DNA of 53,036 bases from Phascolarctobacterium sp. (GTDB lineage: Bacteria > Bacillota > Negativicutes > Acidaminococcales > Acidaminococcaceae), in assembly GCA_017452325.1 (NCBI GenBank), contig JAFTMR010000003.1, forward strand, positions 1 through 53,036, read 5' to 3'. The notes below the pieces were generated by a model. That model did not search any database. It saw only the letters and a list, made by a program, of their open reading frames with translations, and was not told where the DNA came from. Position numbers and translations under genes: made by a program. Shown piece by piece: positions 1-13,178 of this stretch (positions within the stretch are counted from its first letter, which is position 1; each line of letters begins with the position of its first letter).

Positions 1-335
1 GGTCCGTACTGGTTCCAGCCTTCCGTACCCTTTGCAAAGAGTAGGTACAGCAGGAAGAAAAAGTTTACGACGGGGATTAAAACTAATAGTCCCCAGTAAC
101 CACTTCTATCCAAGTCGTGGCAACGGCGCACGATGAAGGAGCTGGTTACTACTACGTTAAAGACGGGAGCAATTTTATAAAGAATTGCCATCATGGACAT
201 GGGCAGTACCATATCGCATAACATCAGGAAAAAGCTAACTGCGATACCTAAAAGGAAGGGACGCCAAAAGTAGGGCCAACGGTTGATGCGTCCGTCAAAG
301 CGCAGATAGTCATATTGGAATTGTTCCCAAGTCAT
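1..335 (-). CDS. DUF805-family inner-membrane protein (C-terminal end cut by window edge)
   Basis: Not in the ORF track. Hand translation of the minus strand from ATG (complement of 333-335) gives MTWEQFQYDYLRFDGRINRWPYFWRPF...RRCHDLDRSGYWGLLVLIPVVNFFFLLYLLFAKGTEGWNQYGP. This fits the GRxxR..YW / RRxHD..SGWW / N.YG pattern I associate with DUF805. Confidence 0.7.
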   Translation of the reverse strand, partial: MTWEQFQYDYLRFDGRINRWPYFWRPFLLGIAVSFFLMLCDMVLPMSMMAILYKIAPVFNVVVTSSFIVRRCHDLDRSGYWGLLVLIPVVNFFFLLYLLFAKGTEGWNQYG

Positions 336-349
336 TAGTATCACCTCGT

Positions 350-1153
350 TTATTTATTGTTCTTTTTATTCCAGAAGGCTCTAAATTTTTGAGCCAGTTC
401 TTTTTGTCCAAGCTTGTCGGGCCACAGCTCCTGCGCCTTGGTGCAACGCATTGCCGCTACCAGATGCTCGTACACTTCCGGGTATTGGTCGTTGAGGGCG
501 GCGATATGCTCCTTTACATCTTGGCGGGTGGTGTAGCCATCGTAGGGGCAGGGATTTTTGAGAGGTTTAAGCTGCAGCTTATCTACCAGCTCACGAATTT
601 CCCTTTCCCTGTAATATAAAAGGGGACGCAAAACCGTAAGCCCCGTTCTAGAAAGAGGGGTTACAGGCAAAAAGGTGCGCAGCTGACCGCTGGTAAAGAT
701 ATTCATAAAGAAAGTTTCTACTGCGTCGTCGTGATGGTGGGCCAGTGCCACTTTGTTGAAGCCCAGCTCCAAGGCTCTGCGGTTGGTAGCTGCTCTTCTA
801 AAATAGGCACAGGTAAAGCAGGGCGTATTCCCCTTGTTTTGCCAAGCAGCATTCACGTCCACATCATCGTGGTAATGCTCCAAGCCGTAATGCTTGCAAA
901 ATTCTTCCAGCTCCTTTTTAGGAAAATCCGGTGCGAACATGGCATTGACTGTGTAGCAGGCAAGGTCAAAGGGGATGGGGGAATATTTTTTTATTTCTGC
1001 TAAGGCTGCCGTCAGGAACATACTATCCTTGCCACCGCTTAACCCAATTAAAATTCTGTCGCCGGGGGCAAGCATATCAAATTCTATAATGGCGCGCCAA
1101 AGCTTGCTTAAATCGTCCGCTGGGACGAAGGGATTACGTTTTGCTTCTGTCAT
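350..1153 (-). CDS. PP-loop ATPase, TtcA-family tRNA thiolation enzyme
   Basis: 267-aa ORF with the PP-loop LIGLSGGKDS and a TPCFTCAYFRR Cys motif typical of TtcA-like tRNA 2-thiocytidine synthetases. Confidence 0.75.
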   Translation of the reverse strand: MTEAKRNPFVPADDLSKLWRAIIEFDMLAPGDRILIGLSGGKDSMFLTAALAEIKKYSPIPFDLACYTVNAMFAPDFPKKELEEFCKHYGLEHYHDDVDVNAAWQNKGNTPCFTCAYFRRAATNRRALELGFNKVALAHHHDDAVETFFMNIFTSGQLRTFLPVTPLSRTGLTVLRPLLYYREREIRELVDKLQLKPLKNPCPYDGYTTRQDVKEHIAALNDQYPEVYEHLVAAMRCTKAQELWPDKLGQKELAQKFRAFWNKKNNK

Positions 1154-1189
1154 GATGCATCCTTTGTTTAGAAAATTAGCGGAGCAAAT

Positions 1190-1207
1190 TGTTTCACGTG
1201 AAACATT
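1190..1207. repeat. 18-bp motif TGTTTCACGTGAAACATT (palindromic CACGTG core), copy 1, in the divergent intergenic region between the ttcA-like gene and pcrA
   Basis: An exact 18-mer is shared with 9938-9955. It lies about 37 nt upstream of the ttcA-like start codon. Confidence 0.5.
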
Positions 1208-1399
1208 TGCCCAAGGGGGACATGCCTTTTTACTTTTTTTATTATAACATATTCCTGCGAGGACTTTGTTAAAAAAATTGGTATGTATACAATTGTGGGA
1301 GCGTGCCCCTGTATGCGTTTCTGTGTTATAATAATAGGACTGTAGATAGAAAATAAGCTGTTTCGGCGCAAGAGCGCCAATGGAGGTCTAGGGATTTTT

Positions 1400-5663
<4,264 letters not shown>

Positions 5664-5691
5664 AATTGTTAGAAGCACAGATAAAAGTAAA

Positions 5692-5728
5692 ACGAGTGAA
5701 AGCTTTTGAAAAGCTTTCACTCGTTTTT
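5692..5728 (+). terminator. Rho-independent terminator after ligA
   Basis: 12-bp stem ACGAGTGAAAGC / GCTTTCACTCGT followed by a T-run. A near-identical copy lies at 17645-17682. Confidence 0.8.
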
Positions 5729-5856
5729 GTTTGCTCATCTTAAAACCCAATTTACTCAAAATGACAAAAATGACTAAATTAAATTGCGCTATGAATAAAT
5801 TAGTAGTATCATTAAAATCAGAGAAGAATAAGTTTGGAAGGAATAGAGGAATCAAA

Positions 5857-6915
5857 ATGCGTATTTATGATTATAAAAAAATTTATGATGCACTGTTATC
5901 TAGTGAAATAGTTAGTCTCTTGACAAAAATTCATGAGTTTAAGGGCGAGCAAAATTTGTTTATTGAAGCTAAGTGTGATGTTTTAACTCAACTTGTTGAA
6001 ATTGCCAAGATACAAAGTACAGAAGCTTCCAATAAAATTGAAGGCATCTATACATCTGACGATAGACTGAAAAAAATTGTCCGTGATAAAACAAAACCTC
6101 AAACACGTAGTGAAAGAGAAATTGCTGGTTATCGTGATGTGTTGGCAACCATCCATGAAAATCACGATTATATTCCGCTGAAATCTGCAATAATTTTGCA
6201 ATTGCATAGGGACCTATACAAATTTAGTGGTATTAGTTTTGGCGGTACATACAAAACTAGTAACAACGTAATTTCTGAAAGGGATGCGCAGGGAAATGAA
6301 ACTATACGTTTCCAACCCGTAGACGCTTGGGAGACCACTCCGTCTATTGAAGCAGCTTGTTCTGCTTTTAATGAGGCTTTAAAAAATGATGAATTAGATC
6401 CTCTGATTGTGATACCAATTTTTATTTTAGACTTTTTGTGCATACATCCCTTTAATGATGGTAATGGCAGAATGAGTAGACTTTTAACTTTATTGCTTTT
6501 GTATCGTGCGGGTTACATTGTTGGGAAATACATCAGTATTGAAAAGCTGATAGAACAATCTAAAGAAACTTACTATGAAACTTTACAAGAAAGTTCCATC
6601 GGTTGGCATAAAGGGGATAATACTTACCTTCCTTTTGTGCGTTATACATTGGGAATAATCGTTGCTGCTTATCGTGAGTTTAGCAAAAGAGTAGAGGTTT
6701 TAACGGTAAGTGATATGAGTAAGCCTAAACGAATTGAAGAAATTATTAAAAATACCTTAGGCAAAATTACTAAAACTGAATTGATTAATAAATGTCCTGA
6801 TATTAGCCAAACTACAATTCAAAGAACATTGAATGATTTGTGGAAGCACGGTTTGATTATAAAACATGGTGGCGGTCGCTACACTTCTTACACTTGGAAC
6901 AGGGAGAACGATTAA
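5857..6915 (+). CDS. Fic-family protein (AMPylation-type Fic domain plus C-terminal winged-helix-like region)
   Basis: Fic motif HPFNDGNGRMSRLL. Start placed at ATG 5857 (MRIYDYKK) behind a GGAAGGAATAGAGGA purine tract. The stop lies 1 nt before the hsdM start. Confidence 0.85.
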   Translation: MRIYDYKKIYDALLSSEIVSLLTKIHEFKGEQNLFIEAKCDVLTQLVEIAKIQSTEASNKIEGIYTSDDRLKKIVRDKTKPQTRSEREIAGYRDVLATIHENHDYIPLKSAIILQLHRDLYKFSGISFGGTYKTSNNVISERDAQGNETIRFQPVDAWETTPSIEAACSAFNEALKNDELDPLIVIPIFILDFLCIHPFNDGNGRMSRLLTLLLLYRAGYIVGKYISIEKLIEQSKETYYETLQESSIGWHKGDNTYLPFVRYTLGIIVAAYREFSKRVEVLTVSDMSKPKRIEEIIKNTLGKITKTELINKCPDISQTTIQRTLNDLWKHGLIIKHGGGRYTSYTWNREND

Positions 6916-6916
6916 A

Positions 6917-8422
6917 ATGATTACTGGCGAATTAAAAAATAAAATTGACGGTCTTTGGGATATATTTGCAGCAGGCGGATTAGTAAATCCTCTTGACGTT
7001 ATTGAGCAAATTACTTACTTGATGTTCATTCATGACTTGGATGAAGTAGATAACCTGCGTGCTAAAGAAAGTGCAATGCTTGGCTTGCCCTATCAAAGCA
7101 TATTTGCTGATACAGTTATGATTAACGAGCGTAAGGTGGATGGCAAGCAGCTCAAGTGGAGCGTGTTCCGCGACTTTCCCGCAGGAAAAATGTATTCCGT
7201 AATGCAGGAGGATGTTTTTCCTTTCATCAAACAATTACATGGCGATAAGAACAGTGCTTATTCCAAATATATGGATGACGCAATTTTTAAATTGCCCACT
7301 CCCTTAGTGCTTTCTAAAATTGTAGCAACCTTGGACGAAATTTATAGCCAAATGGCGCAAGTACACGATAGCGACATTCGCGGAGATGTGTATGAATACT
7401 TGCTGTCCAAAATTGCACAATCAGGACGCAACGGACAGTTCCGAACTCCGCGTCACATTATTAAAATGATGGTTGCCTTGATGCGTCCTAATCCTGAAGA
7501 TGTTATTTGTGATCCTGCCTGTGGAACCAGTGGCTTCCTTGTAGCAGCAGGCGAATATTTAAAAGAACATCATAAAGAGGAAATCTTTTTTAATAAACAA
7601 AAGAAAGACCACTACATGAATGGATTGTTCCATGGTTACGATATGGATAGAACTATGCTCCGCATTGGTGCCATGAATATGATGACCCATGGTGTAGAAA
7701 ATCCTTTTATCGAATACCGCGACAGCCTTTCCGACCAGAACCCTGACAGAAATAAATATTCCTTAATCTTGGCAAACCCTCCCTTTAAAGGAAGCCTTGA
7801 CAACGATATTGTTTCTGTTGATTTGCTTAAAATGTGCAAGACGAAAAAGACAGAGCTGCTCTTTTTGGCACTCTTTATCAAAATGCTGCGAGTTGGTGGA
7901 CGCTGTGCCTGCATCGTTCCTGATGGCGTACTCTTTGGCTCGTCTAACGCTCACAAGGCAATTCGCAAAGAACTTATCGAAGGCAACCGCTTGGAAGCAG
8001 TAATCTCTATGCCTTCCGGTGTGTTTAAACCTTACGCTGGTGTATCTACCGGTATTTTAATCTTTACTAAAACCGGTCATGGTGGTACGGATAAAGTTTG
8101 GTTCTATGATATGCAGGCAGATGGTTTAAGCCTTGACGATAAGCGCACTGCCATTAGCGACAACGATATTCCTGATATTATTGCACGCTTCCATAATTTG
8201 GCAGATGAAGCTGACCGCACTCGCACAGAAAAATCTTTCTTTGTTGATGTGCAAGAAATTATCGAAAATGGTTATGACCTTTCCATTAACAAATACAAAA
8301 AGATTGAATACGTACCTGTGGAGTATCCGCCTACGGAACAAATTATGGCGGAACTGTACGAACTGGAAATGGAAATTACCAAAGGTTTGGCAGAATTAGA
8401 GGAGATGCTGAAAGATGACTGA
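6917..8422 (+). CDS. hsdM: Type I restriction-modification system, methyltransferase subunit HsdM
   Basis: SAM motif DPACGTSGFL and catalytic NPPF (LILANPPFKG). Start at ATG 6917 (MITGELKNKI). Confidence 0.95.
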   Translation: MITGELKNKIDGLWDIFAAGGLVNPLDVIEQITYLMFIHDLDEVDNLRAKESAMLGLPYQSIFADTVMINERKVDGKQLKWSVFRDFPAGKMYSVMQEDVFPFIKQLHGDKNSAYSKYMDDAIFKLPTPLVLSKIVATLDEIYSQMAQVHDSDIRGDVYEYLLSKIAQSGRNGQFRTPRHIIKMMVALMRPNPEDVICDPACGTSGFLVAAGEYLKEHHKEEIFFNKQKKDHYMNGLFHGYDMDRTMLRIGAMNMMTHGVENPFIEYRDSLSDQNPDRNKYSLILANPPFKGSLDNDIVSVDLLKMCKTKKTELLFLALFIKMLRVGGRCACIVPDGVLFGSSNAHKAIRKELIEGNRLEAVISMPSGVFKPYAGVSTGILIFTKTGHGGTDKVWFYDMQADGLSLDDKRTAISDNDIPDIIARFHNLADEADRTRTEKSFFVDVQEIIENGYDLSINKYKKIEYVPVEYPPTEQIMAELYELEMEITKGLAELEEMLKDD

Positions 8423-9932
8423 TAAATTATTGTTAGGTGAATCTGTAAATGTTGAATACAAAGAATCAGTACCGGAAAAGAGTATTAAATACATGAAAAC
8501 CGTTGTAGCTTTTGCCAACGGTAAGGGTGGCACGCTTGTTTTTGGTGTTGAAGATGGCACGATGAAAGTGGTTGGCATTGATAAAGAAGAGCTGTTTACT
8601 ACTATGGATGCTATCTCTAATGCTATTATAGACAGTTGTGAACCGATGATTACACCTAATATTTATGTGAGGAATATTGAAGATAAGTATGTTTTGGTGG
8701 TAGAGGTCGCTTCTGGAACTCAAACTCCTTATTGCATAAAATCTTTAGGCATTGAAAAGGGAACTTACATTCGTGTTGGAGGTACTACTCGTTTGGCAGA
8801 GATGCATATGATTCAAGAACTTATTTTGCAAAAGACGAATAGGTATTATGACAATGTTCCTGCTCGTGGTAAGACGTTAACAGAAAAAGAAGTTGAACAA
8901 GCTTGTCGTGAATTTACTGAATATGCAAAAGAAAATTGTGATACGGAAGAAGAAAAGAATAAAATTAGACCTCTTACAAAAAATAAATTGCAAGAGTGGG
9001 GATTGTTGCATGAGTTTGATGGAGAGCTTGTTCCAAGTATAGGTTTATGCCTTTTGCTTGATATTCCTGTAAATGGCATACGCTCTATGGTTAGATGTGC
9101 TATTTTTAGAGGAACGGATAGAGCAATCTTTTTAGACAGCAAAGATTATGAGGGAAGATTATATAAACAAATTGATGATGCCTATGATTTTGTGGTGCGA
9201 AATATACGTGTTGGTGCAGAATTTGTTGGTATTCAAAGAAAAGATGTATACGAACTTCCTCTTGGTAGTATCCGTGAAGCGATTTGCAATGCAGTATGCC
9301 ACCGCAGTTATTTAGAAGATGATGATGTGAAAGTTGCTTTGTATGATGATAGATTAGAAATTACTTCTCCAGGTGGTCTTTATAATGGCGTTACCTTAGA
9401 AAAAATTAGAGATGGTTTTTCTAAAACACGTAATCGTGGTATTGCTAATATGCTTTCATATATGAGAGTAATTGAAAGTTGGGGCAGTGGTATTCCTAGA
9501 ATTTTGCGTGAATGTAAAGAAAGAGGTTTGCCTGAACCTAGCGTTGGTGTTAGTGAAGATTATGTTATTGTTCAGCTGTTCAGGGATGATTATTATGAAA
9601 ATAGTAAAGCATCCGATAAAACTTCTGATAACCCCCCAGAAACTACCCAGAAACTATCCGGAACTACCCAGAACTACCCAGAAACTACCCGGAAAATTTT
9701 TAAAGGTAAGATGAAAGATGGAAGTTTGCTGGGTGAATATGAGGTTAAAATAATTAATCTTGTTTCTTCTAATCATGGTATTACCCAAAAAGAGGTTGCT
9801 TCTAAGTTGGGAATAGATGTGAATTTAACTAAATACTATTTCAAGAAACTTAAAGATGGCAAAGTATTGGAACACCAAGGAGCAAGTAAAAATGGCAAGT
9901 GGATTGTCAATGAGGAGCTGCTTGTTGAGTAG
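8415..9932 (+). CDS. AlbA_2 (Schlafen-like) / divergent ATPase protein with C-terminal wHTH, often annotated as a RecG-like ATP-binding regulator
   Basis: N-terminal ESVNVEYKES..VVAFANGKGGTLVFGVEDG (AlbA_2 signature), a central HATPase-like region (ICNAVCHRSY), a TTQ-rich linker and a C-terminal wHTH (ITQKEVASKLGIDVNLTKYYFKKLKDGKVLEHQG). Overlaps the hsdM stop by 8 nt. Confidence 0.8.
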   Translation: MTDKLLLGESVNVEYKESVPEKSIKYMKTVVAFANGKGGTLVFGVEDGTMKVVGIDKEELFTTMDAISNAIIDSCEPMITPNIYVRNIEDKYVLVVEVASGTQTPYCIKSLGIEKGTYIRVGGTTRLAEMHMIQELILQKTNRYYDNVPARGKTLTEKEVEQACREFTEYAKENCDTEEEKNKIRPLTKNKLQEWGLLHEFDGELVPSIGLCLLLDIPVNGIRSMVRCAIFRGTDRAIFLDSKDYEGRLYKQIDDAYDFVVRNIRVGAEFVGIQRKDVYELPLGSIREAICNAVCHRSYLEDDDVKVALYDDRLEITSPGGLYNGVTLEKIRDGFSKTRNRGIANMLSYMRVIESWGSGIPRILRECKERGLPEPSVGVSEDYVIVQLFRDDYYENSKASDKTSDNPPETTQKLSGTTQNYPETTRKIFKGKMKDGSLLGEYEVKIINLVSSNHGITQKEVASKLGIDVNLTKYYFKKLKDGKVLEHQGASKNGKWIVNEELLVE

Positions 9933-9937
9933 TAAAA

Positions 9938-9955
9938 TGTTTCACGTGAAACATT
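9938..9955. repeat. 18-bp motif TGTTTCACGTGAAACATT, copy 2, 6 nt after the stop of the AlbA_2 gene
   Basis: Exact repeat of 1190-1207. Confidence 0.5.
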
Positions 9956-9961
9956 GCGTAC

Positions 9962-10001
9962 AAAAATAAAGTGGTTATTTCCGATTTGGAAATAACCACT
10001 T
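9962..10001 (-). terminator. Perfect 14-bp-stem hairpin whose U-tract lies on the minus strand
   Basis: AAGTGGTTATTTCC-GATTT-GGAAATAACCACTT preceded on the plus strand by CAAAAATAA. It reads as an intrinsic terminator only for minus-strand (antisense) transcription. Confidence 0.4.
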
Positions 10002-10136
10002 GTGAAATGAACTTGTCGAATTTTTCGAGTAGTCGTTATTTGTTTTAGCAACTGGTGAAGGAAGTTCACTAGTTCAAACGAAAAGCAACTTATTCCAAAA
10101 TGGAATAAGTTGGAGTAATTTATAGTAGAGGTCGAA

Positions 10137-11267
10137 ATGGAAAAATTACTTACAGAAGTTTGCAAAATTCAATATGGTTTTCCTTTTGATTCGTCAAAGT
10201 TCAATAAAAGAGAAGGGATGCCACTTATTAGGATTAGAGACATTAGCTCTGGTTGCACTGAAGCTTATACAACAGAAGAATTTAAAGATGAATATGTAGT
10301 AAAAAAAGGCGATATTCTTATTGGAATGGATGGCGAATTTAATATTGCAAAATGGTCTGGAGAAGATGCGCTTCTTAATCAACGAGTTTGTAGATTGATA
10401 CCATTTAATGTTGATGCCGATTATTTATATTATTTTATGCCTAAAGTTTTAAAAGAAATAGAGACTAAAACATCGTTTGTAACTGTCAAGCATTTATCTG
10501 CAAAGCAGTTGAATGGTATAGTTATATCTTTGCCTACTTTGGAACGGCAAAAATTTGTTGCAACTGTTTTACAAAGGACAGAGAAGTCTATTGACAAACG
10601 CAAGCAACAACTCCAAAAATTGGATGAGCTTGTTAAAGCTCGATTTGTCGAGATGTTTGGAGATCCAGTAAATAACTCTTTGGGTTGGGAAGAACATTAT
10701 TTGGATGAATATATTGAGTTTCTTACTTCTGGCTCTCGTGGTTGGGCAAAGTATTTTGTTGATAATGGCAGTGAGATTTTTATTACTATCAAAAATGTAA
10801 AGAACAGCCATATTGTCTTGGACGCAATACAATATATAAATGCTCCTGATAATAAAGAAGCAGAAAGAACTAAGGTGCAAAATGGAGATTTACTGATTAG
10901 TATAACTGCTGATTTAGGTAGGACTGGTGTAGTTGATGCAGGTATTGCAAATATAGGAGCGTATATAAATCAACACTTATCTTTAATTAGATTGAACAAG
11001 TTAGAGGTTAATCCTATGTATGTTTCGTATTTTTTAGAAACAGAAGGTGGGAAAAAGCAATTTTCTAGTAAAAATCAAAGTGCTGTAAAAGCAGGATTGA
11101 ATTTTGAAGCTATTAAATCTTTAAAGATTTTTATGCCTCCTTTAGAGCTTCAAAATCAATTTGCTGAGTTTGTTCAACAAATCGACAAATCAAAATTGAA
11201 AGTGCAAAAGAGTTTGGATAAACTGGAAACTTTAAAGAAAGCTTTGATGCAGAAATACTTTGGGTGA
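10137..11267 (+). CDS. hsdS: Type I restriction-modification system, specificity subunit HsdS
   Basis: 376 aa with two variable halves separated by conserved helices (LPTLERQKFVATVL...LDELVKARFVEMFG and PPLELQNQFAEFVQQIDKSK...LKKALMQKYFG). Confidence 0.9.
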   Translation: MEKLLTEVCKIQYGFPFDSSKFNKREGMPLIRIRDISSGCTEAYTTEEFKDEYVVKKGDILIGMDGEFNIAKWSGEDALLNQRVCRLIPFNVDADYLYYFMPKVLKEIETKTSFVTVKHLSAKQLNGIVISLPTLERQKFVATVLQRTEKSIDKRKQQLQKLDELVKARFVEMFGDPVNNSLGWEEHYLDEYIEFLTSGSRGWAKYFVDNGSEIFITIKNVKNSHIVLDAIQYINAPDNKEAERTKVQNGDLLISITADLGRTGVVDAGIANIGAYINQHLSLIRLNKLEVNPMYVSYFLETEGGKKQFSSKNQSAVKAGLNFEAIKSLKIFMPPLELQNQFAEFVQQIDKSKLKVQKSLDKLETLKKALMQKYFG

Positions 11268-11277
11268 GGTGAAAAGT

Positions 11278-12165
11278 ATGGACTTTGGAAAAGACTTGGC
11301 CAATATTTCAAAGAAGATTTTAAAACAAAAAGGTATTACCATTAGCAATGAATGGGATGATTACCATATTGTTATGAATTTTTTGGAGATACAAAGACGG
11401 TGGTTGTTTGATTCCAAAGTACCTTGTGAAGTAAAAGTATCTAAGCAGTTGAGCGGCAAAATAAGTACCCTAACTCCTTTAGAATTACAGGTGTATAATG
11501 ATATTGTTAGTCGTATGAAAAATGGGCAACCATTAGAACCTTATATGAGTCGCTTAATATATAACACTAAGGTTAGTAAATCAGACTTTCTATTAAAGAA
11601 TTGGAACATTTATCATTTGCATTTAGAAACAGTTGGGAAGAATAACAAGTTTGAGGGTAAAAGTTCAAATTTGTTATTCTTTCAACCCAAAGATAATGTT
11701 TTACATCTAATTGATATAAAACCGCATCCGAGAGGATGTACTTGGTTTGACAGAGATTTGTTGGAGATAATATTTGATAATTGGCCTAGTTTGCTTAGAT
11801 ATGAGAAAGGAATGAAGCCAACGATAAGTGTACCAGATAAAGAAGTCCACGATGGTTTAAAAAATATGGTAATGATTATAGATTTTCATGATGGAATGTT
11901 GTTTCCAACAAACTTAGGAGTTGCTAGTTCAGGTGATAGTAGTTGGGCGGTTCTACTTACTAATAGAATTTTTAATAGTTTTAGGATTGCTGAAAAAGAG
12001 TTGAGTGAACATGAGGAAAAAATTAAATTAGAAATATTTAATCAAACACATATATATCCAAAGCACCGATTAGATTATGTGCTTAGAATAGTAAATGATG
12101 ATTTTTATGCGTATGAATATCGAGTGAAGAAAAATATATTTTTATTTTCGTTAAAAGAGTTTTAA
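11278..12165 (+). CDS. Hypothetical protein (no family recognised), embedded in the type I R-M operon
   Basis: 295-aa ORF from ATG 11278 with GAGGTG 6 nt upstream (the track lists a TTG start at 11260). It starts 10 nt after the hsdS stop. It contains WNIYHLHLE but I recognise no catalytic motif. Confidence 0.6.
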   Translation: MDFGKDLANISKKILKQKGITISNEWDDYHIVMNFLEIQRRWLFDSKVPCEVKVSKQLSGKISTLTPLELQVYNDIVSRMKNGQPLEPYMSRLIYNTKVSKSDFLLKNWNIYHLHLETVGKNNKFEGKSSNLLFFQPKDNVLHLIDIKPHPRGCTWFDRDLLEIIFDNWPSLLRYEKGMKPTISVPDKEVHDGLKNMVMIIDFHDGMLFPTNLGVASSGDSSWAVLLTNRIFNSFRIAEKELSEHEEKIKLEIFNQTHIYPKHRLDYVLRIVNDDFYAYEYRVKKNIFLFSLKEF

Positions 12166-12181
12166 TGCTGGAGGGTTTGAT

Positions 12182-13162
12182 ATGGATTGGAAAGAAGAAT
12201 TTAAAATATTATATTTTTCACCTAATGTAGCAGATATACCTAAAGCGTTAGAACTGAAAAGAGTAAATATGCCATCCAAGCTATATAGATATCGTCCTTT
12301 GAATAATTTAGAGTATTTTGAAGATGAAGTAGTAAATGCCCATGTTTATTTGGCTAACCCTAAAATGTTTAATGATCCATTTGATTCTTCTTCGGTATTG
12401 CAACCTGAAAACATTAAAACCTCTGAAGAACTAAAAAATAGATTCAAAGAAAGTTTTAAGAATTTCGCAGATAGAAAAGATATAAGATATATTTTCAACA
12501 GTAAGCATTGGTTTGAAAGAATGTGTGGTTATTATGCAAATGTGATAGCTAAAGAGAATAGTAGAAAGACAAAGCATGTAGACGAATTAAAAGATGTACT
12601 TGCTAAAGCCTTGTATAAGGAAGTTGAAAAATGGAATGAGTTTATAAATAGTATGTCTACTTCTTTTTCTAAAGTAACGTGTTTTACTGAAAATAATATT
12701 AATTTGCCTATGTGGAATCATTATGCGAATGCTCATAAAGGCATTTGCTTAGAATATGATATGAGTAATAGTGTTAGTGAGCACCAAATAAAAAGGATGT
12801 TTCCTGTCTTTTATGTAAATGAATTACCAGATGGAATAAGATTAGTGTTTGATGGAAAAATAAATAGATTTAATTCATCTGATTATTTATTGTTACATAA
12901 ACTAATTGACTGGAGCTATGAGAAAGAATGGCGATTGGTTTACGATGCCAGCTTTTGGTATGACAGATTGGTAGATATTCCTGAAAGTTTTTATGATGAA
13001 GGAAGAGTGATTGATTTTATTAAACCTTCTAAAATTTATCTAGGATATCAAATTACTGACTATAAAGAAGCGTTTGTTAGAGAAGTTTGCAAAAAACATA
13101 ATATATATGTAGTAAAGATGAAGTGTACTAACTATGGGTTGAGACCAGAAGATGAGATTTGA
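12182..13162 (+). CDS. DUF2971-like protein
   Basis: 326 aa with YRYR, FNDPFD, MWNHYANAHKGICLEY and WSYEKEWRL motifs that I associate with DUF2971. GGAGGG RBS. Confidence 0.65.
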   Translation: MDWKEEFKILYFSPNVADIPKALELKRVNMPSKLYRYRPLNNLEYFEDEVVNAHVYLANPKMFNDPFDSSSVLQPENIKTSEELKNRFKESFKNFADRKDIRYIFNSKHWFERMCGYYANVIAKENSRKTKHVDELKDVLAKALYKEVEKWNEFINSMSTSFSKVTCFTENNINLPMWNHYANAHKGICLEYDMSNSVSEHQIKRMFPVFYVNELPDGIRLVFDGKINRFNSSDYLLLHKLIDWSYEKEWRLVYDASFWYDRLVDIPESFYDEGRVIDFIKPSKIYLGYQITDYKEAFVREVCKKHNIYVVKMKCTNYGLRPEDEI

Positions 13163-13178
13163 GGTGGAGGTGAAAGGA

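Noticed and set aside
10137-11267. A phase-variable or shufflon-type hsdS (inverted partial hsdS copies plus a recombinase).
   Set aside because: There is only one hsdS gene. I found no second TRD cassette, no inverted repeats within it, and no recombinase gene in the island.
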